Below, in pieces: positions 58,501-64,000 of a stretch of 64,000 nt of DNA. Every line of letters begins with the position of its first letter. Position 1 is the first letter of the stretch. Under the pieces are notes generated by a model. It was not told where the DNA came from. It saw only the letters and a program-made list of their open reading frames with translations, and did not search any database. Where the stretch lies: contig OZ024750.1 of the NCBI GenBank assembly GCA_964016885.1, forward strand, positions 34,100,001-34,164,000, written 5' to 3'. This DNA comes from Eledone cirrhosa (taxonomy: Eukaryota). The position numbers and the translations under genes were made by a program.

Positions 58501-61500
58501 TGTGGTTGGTATTAGGAAGGACATCCAGTCCAGTCTGTAATGTGGTTGGTATTAGGGAGGACATCCAGTCCAGCCTGTAATGTGGTTGGTATTAGGGAGG
58601 ACATCCAGTCCAGTCTGTAATGTGGTTGGTATTAGGAAGGACATCCAGTCCAGTCTGTCATGTGGTATTAGGGAGGACATCCAGTCCAGCCTGTAATGTG
58701 GTTGGTATTACGGAGGACATCCAGTCCAGTCCAGTCTGTCATGTGGTTGGTATTAGGGAGGACATCCAGTCCAGCCTGTAATGTCGTTGGTATTAGGGAG
58801 GACATCCAGTCCAGTCCAGTCTGTCATGTGGTTGGTATTAGGGAGGACATCCAGTCCAGCCTGTAATGTGGTTGGTATTAGGAAGGACATCCAGTCCAGT
58901 CTGTAATGTGGTTGGTATTAGGGAGGACATCCAGTCCAGCCTGTAATGTGGTTGGTATTAGGAAGGACATCCAGTCCAGTCTGTAATGTGGTTGGTATTA
59001 GGGAGGACATCCAGTCCAGTCTGTCATGTGGTTGGTATTAGGAAGGACATCCAGTCCAGCCTGTAATGTGGTTGGTATTAGGGAGGACATCCAGTCCAGC
59101 CTGTAATGTGGTTGGTATTAGGAAGGACATCCAGTCCAGCCTGTAATGTGGTTGGTATTAGGGAGGACATCCAGTCCAGTCTGTAATGTGGTTGGTATTA
59201 GGGAGGACATCCAGTCCAGTCTGTAATGTGGTTGGTATTAGGGAGGACATCCAGTCCAGCCTGTAATGTGGTTGGTATTAGGAAAGACATCCAGTCCAGT
59301 CTGTAATGTGGTTGGTATTAGGGAGGACATCCAGTCCAGTCTGTCATGTGGTTGGTATTAGGGAGGACATCCAGTCCAGCCTGTAATGTGGTTGGTATTA
59401 GGGAGGACATCCAGTCCAGTCTGTAATGTGGTTGGTATTAGGGAGGACATCCAGTCCAGTCTGTAATGTGGTTGGTATTAGGGAGGACATCCAGTCCAGT
59501 CTGTAATGTGGTTGGTATTAGGAAGGACATCCAGTCCAGTCTGTAATGTGGTTGGTATTAGGAAGGATATCCAGTCCAGTCTGTCATGTGGTTGGTATTA
59601 GGAAGGACATCCAGTCCAGTCTGTCATGTGGTTGGTATTAGGAAGGACATCCAGTCCAGTCTGTCATGTGGTTGGTATTAGGAAGGACATCCAGTCCAGT
59701 CTGTAATGTGGTTGGTATTAGGAAGGACATCCAGTCCAGTCTGTAATGTGGTTGGTATTAGGAAGGACATCCAGTCCAGTCTGTAATGTGGTTGGTATTA
59801 GGAAGGACATCCAGTCCAGTCTGTAATGTGGTTGGTATTAGGAAGGACATCCAGTCCAGTCTGTCATGTGGTTGGTATTAGGAAGGACATCCAGTCCAGT
59901 CTGTCATGTGGTTGGTATTAGGAAGGACATCCAGTCCAGTCTGTAATGTGGTTGGTATTAGGAAGGACATCCAGTCCAGTCTGTAATGTGGTTGGTATTA
60001 GGGAGGACATCCAGTCCAGTCTGTAATGTGGTTGGTATTAGGAAGGACATCCAGTCCAGTCTGTCATGTGGTTGGTATTAGGGAGGACATCCAGTCCAGT
60101 CTGTAATGTGGTTGGTATTAGGGAGGACATCCAGTCCAGTCTGTAATGTGGTTGGTATTAGGAAGGACATCCAGTCCAGTCTGTCATGTGGTTGGTATTA
60201 GGGAGGACATCCAGTCCAGTCTGTAATGTGGTTGGTATTAGGGAGGACATCCAGTCCAGCCTGTAATGTGGTTGGTATTAGGAAGGACATCCAGTCCAGC
60301 CTGTAATGTGGTTGGTATTATGGAGGACATCCAGTCCAGTCTGTCATGTGGTTGGTATTAGGGAGGACATCCAGTCCAGTCTGTAATGTGGTTGGTATTA
60401 GGGAGGACATCCAGTCCAGCCTGTAATGTGGTTGGTATTAGGGAGGACATCCAGTCCAGCCTGTAATGTGGTTGGTATTAGGGAGGACATCCAGTCCAGC
60501 CTGTAATGTGGTTGGTATTAGGGAGGACATCCAGTCCAGTCTGTCATGTGGTTGGTATTAGGAAGGACATCCAGTCCAGCCTGTAATGTGGTTGGTATTA
60601 GGAAGGACATCCAGTCCAGCCTGTAATGTGGTTGGTATTAGGAAGGACATCCAGTCCAGTCTGTCATGTGGTTGGTATTAGGAAGGACATCCAGTCCAGT
60701 CTGTAATGTGGTTGGTATTAGGAAGGACATCCAGTCCAGTCTGTAATGTGGTTGGTATTAGGAAGGACATCCAGTCCAGTCTGTCATGTGGTTGGTATTA
60801 GGAAGGACATCCAGTCCAGTCTGTCATGTGGTTGGTATTAGGAAGGACATCCAGTCCAGTCTGTCATGTGGTTGGTATTAGGGAGGACATCCAGTCCAGC
60901 CTGTAATGTGGTTGGTATTAGGGAGGACATCCAGTCCAGTCTGTCATGTGGTTGGTATTAGGGAGGACATCCAGTCCAGCCTGTAATGTGGTTGGTATTA
61001 GGGAGGACATCCAGTCCAGCCTGTAATGTGGTTGGTATTAGGGAGGACATCCAGTCCAGCCTGTAATGTGGTTGGTATTAGGGAGGACATCCAGTCCAGC
61101 CTGTAATGTGGTTGGTATTAGGGAGGACATCCAGTCCAGTCTGTCATGTGGTTGGTATTAGGAAGGACATCCAGTCCAGCCTGTAATGTGGTTGGTATTA
61201 GGAAGGACATCCAGTCCAGCCTGTAATGTGGTTGGTATTAGGAAGGACATCCAGTCCAGTCTGTCATGTGGTTGGTATTAGGAAGCACATCCAGTCCAGT
61301 CTGTAATGTGGTTGGTATTAGGAAGGACATCCAGTCCAGTCTGTAATGTGGTTGGTATTAGGAAGGACATCCAGTCCAGTCTGTCATGTGGTTGGTATTA
61401 GGAAGGACATCCAGTCCAGTCTGTCATGTGGTTGGTATTAGGAAGGACATCCAGTCCAGTCTGTCATGTGGTTGGTATTAGGGAGGACATCCAGTCCAGC

Positions 61501-64000
61501 CTGTAATGTGGTTGGTATTAGAGAGGACATCCAGTCCAGCCTGTAATGTGGTTGGTATTAGGAAGGACATCCAGTCCAGTCTGTCATGTGGTTGGTATTA
61601 GGAAGGACATCCAGTCCAGTCTGTCATGTGGTTGGTATTAGGAAGGACATCCAGTCCAGTCTGTCATGTGGTTGGTATTAGGGAGGACATCCAGTCCAGT
61701 CTGTCATGTGGTTGGTATTAGGGAGGACATCCAGTCCAGTCTGTCATGTGGTTGGTATTAGGGAGGACATCCAGTCCAGTCTGTAATGTGGTTGGTATTA
61801 GGAAGGACATCCAGTCCAGTCTGTAATGTGGTTGGTATTAGGAAGGACATCCAGTCCAGTCTGTAATGTGGTTGGTATTAGGAAGGACATCCTGTCCAGT
61901 CTGTAATGTGGTTGGTATTAGGGAGGACATCCAGTCCAGTCTGTCATGTGGTTGGTATTAGGAAGGACATCCAGTCCAGTCTGTCATGTGGTTGGTATTA
62001 GGGAGGACATCCAGTCCAGTCTGTAATGCGGTTGGTATTAGGGAGGACATCCAGTACAGTCTGTAATGCGGTTGGTATTAGGGAGGACATCCAGTCCAGT
62101 CTGTAATGTGTTTGGTATTAGGGAGGACATCCAGTCCAGTCTGTAATGTGGTTGGTATTAGGAAGGACATCCAGTCCAGCCTGTAATGTGGTTGGTATTA
62201 GGAAGGACATCCAGTCCAGTCTGTCATGTGGTTGGTATTAGGAAAGACATCCAGTCCAGTCTGTAATGTGGTTGGTATTAGGAAGGACATCCAGTCCAGT
62301 CTGTCATGTGGTTGGTATTAGGAAAGACATCCAGTCCAGCCTGTAATGTGGTTGGTATTAGGAAGGACATCCAGTCCAGTCTGTAATGTGGTTGGTATTA
62401 GGAAGGACATCCAGTCCAGTCTGTCATGTGGTTGGTATTAGGGAGGACATCCAGTCCAGTCTGTAATGTGGTTGGTATTAGGGAGGACATCCAGTCCAGT
62501 CCAGTCTGTCATGTGGTTGGTATTAGGGAGGACATCCAGTCCAGCCTGTAATGTGGTTGGTATTAGGAAGGACATCCAGTCCAGCCTGTAATGTGGTTGG
62601 TATTAGGAAGGACATCCAGTCCAGCCTGTAATGTGGTTGGTATTAGGGAGGACATCCAGTCCAGCCTGTAATGTGGTTGGTATTAGGAAGGACATCCATT
62701 CCAGCCTGTAATGTGGTTGGTATTAGGGAGGACATCCAGTCCAGTCTGTAATGTGGTTGGTATTAGGAAGGACATCCAGTCCAGCCTGTAATGTGGTTGG
62801 TATTAGGGAGGACATCCAGTCCAGCCTGTAATGTGGTTGGTATTAGGGAGGACATCCAGTCCAGTCTGTCATGTGGTTGGTATTAGGAAGGACATCCAGT
62901 CCAGTCTGTCATGTGGTTGGTATTAGGAAGGACATCCAGTCCAGTCTGTCATGTGGTTGGTATTAGGGAGGACATCCAGTCCAGTCTGTAATGTGGTTGG
63001 TATTAGGGAGGACATCCAGTCCAGTCCAGTCTGTCATGTGGTTGGTATTAGGGAGGACATCCAGTCCAGCCTGTAATGTGGTTGGTATTAGGAAGGACAT
63101 CCAGTCCAGCCTGTAATGTGGTTGGTATTAGGGAGGACATCCAGTCCAGCCTGTAATGTGGTTGGTATTAGGAAGGACATCCAGTCCAGCCTGTAATGTG
63201 GTTGGTATTAGGGAGGACATCCAGTCCAGTCTGTAATGTGGTTGGTATTAGGAAGGACATCCAGTCCAGCCTGTAATGTGGTTGGTATTAGGGAGGACAT
63301 CCAGTCCAGCCTGTAATGTGGTTGGTATTAGGGAGGACATCCAGTCCAGTCTGTCATGTGGTTGGTATTAGGGAGGACATCCAGTCCAGTCTGTCATGTG
63401 GTTGGTATTAGGGAGGACATCCAGTCCACCCTGTCATGTGGTTGGTATTAGGGAGGACATCCAGTCCAGTCTGTAATGTGTTTGGTATTAGGAAGGACAT
63501 CCAGTCCAGTCTGTCATGTGGTTGGTATTAGGAAGGACATCCAGTCCAGTCTGTCATGTGGTTGGTATTAGGAAGGACATCCAGTCCACCCTGTCATGTG
63601 GTTGGTATTAGGGAGGACATCCAGTCCAGTCTGTCATGTGGTTGGTATTAGGGAGGACATCCAGTCCAGTCTGTAATGTGGTTGGTATTAGGAAGGACAT
63701 CCAGTCCACCCTGTCATGTGGTTGGTATTAGGGAGGACATCCAGTCCAGTCTGTCATGTGGTTGGTATTAGGGAGGACATCCAGTCCAGTCTGTAATGTG
63801 GTTGGTATTAGGGAGGACATCCAGTCCAGTCTGTCATGTGGTTGGTATTAGGAAAGACATCCAGTCCAGTCTGTCATGTGGTTGGTATTAGGAAGGACAT
63901 CCAGTCCAGTCTGTAATGTGGTTGGTATTAGGAAGGACATCCAGTCCAGTCTGTCATGTGGTTGGTATTAGGGAGGACATCCAGTCCAGTCTGTAATGTG
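58487..64000 (+). repeat. 40-bp tandem minisatellite, ~138 units, open at the window end; same unit and orientation as 1-3800
   Basis: Same consensus as 1-3800, with occasional CCAGT 5-bp duplications (~58731, 58811, 62501, 63021). Confidence 0.98.

Overview
AT-rich, repeat-dominated eukaryotic DNA with no host gene that I can support. The SINE/LINE repertoire resembles octopus (cephalopod) DNA; this is an inference from recalled repeat motifs, not a search. Three large tandem arrays make up about half the window: a 40-bp G/T-rich minisatellite at both ends (1-3800 and ~58487-64000, same orientation) and a ~22.5-kb 30-bp satellite (33891-56420) with nested multi-kb block duplications. All long ORFs in the track are by-products of these arrays. 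Between them lie about 20 copies of a tRNA-derived SINE ('family A'), a CORE-type SINE ('family C') that shares its 3' end with an RTE LINE, 5'-truncated RTE and CR1 LINE ends, TTAA-flanked piggyBac-type MITEs, Tc1/mariner and hAT MITEs, a Helitron end and many micro/minisatellites. Four observations stand out. (1) A (TA)n-flanked inverted-repeat element carries a minimal hammerhead-ribozyme motif typical of Penelope-like elements. (2) The 40-bp satellite appears to have grown out of the body of SINE family C. (3) Several young fold-back palindromes abut (TA)n tracts. (4) One RTE remnant ends in three C2H2 zinc fingers. Coordinates were read by eye, and dispersed-repeat boundaries are approximate.
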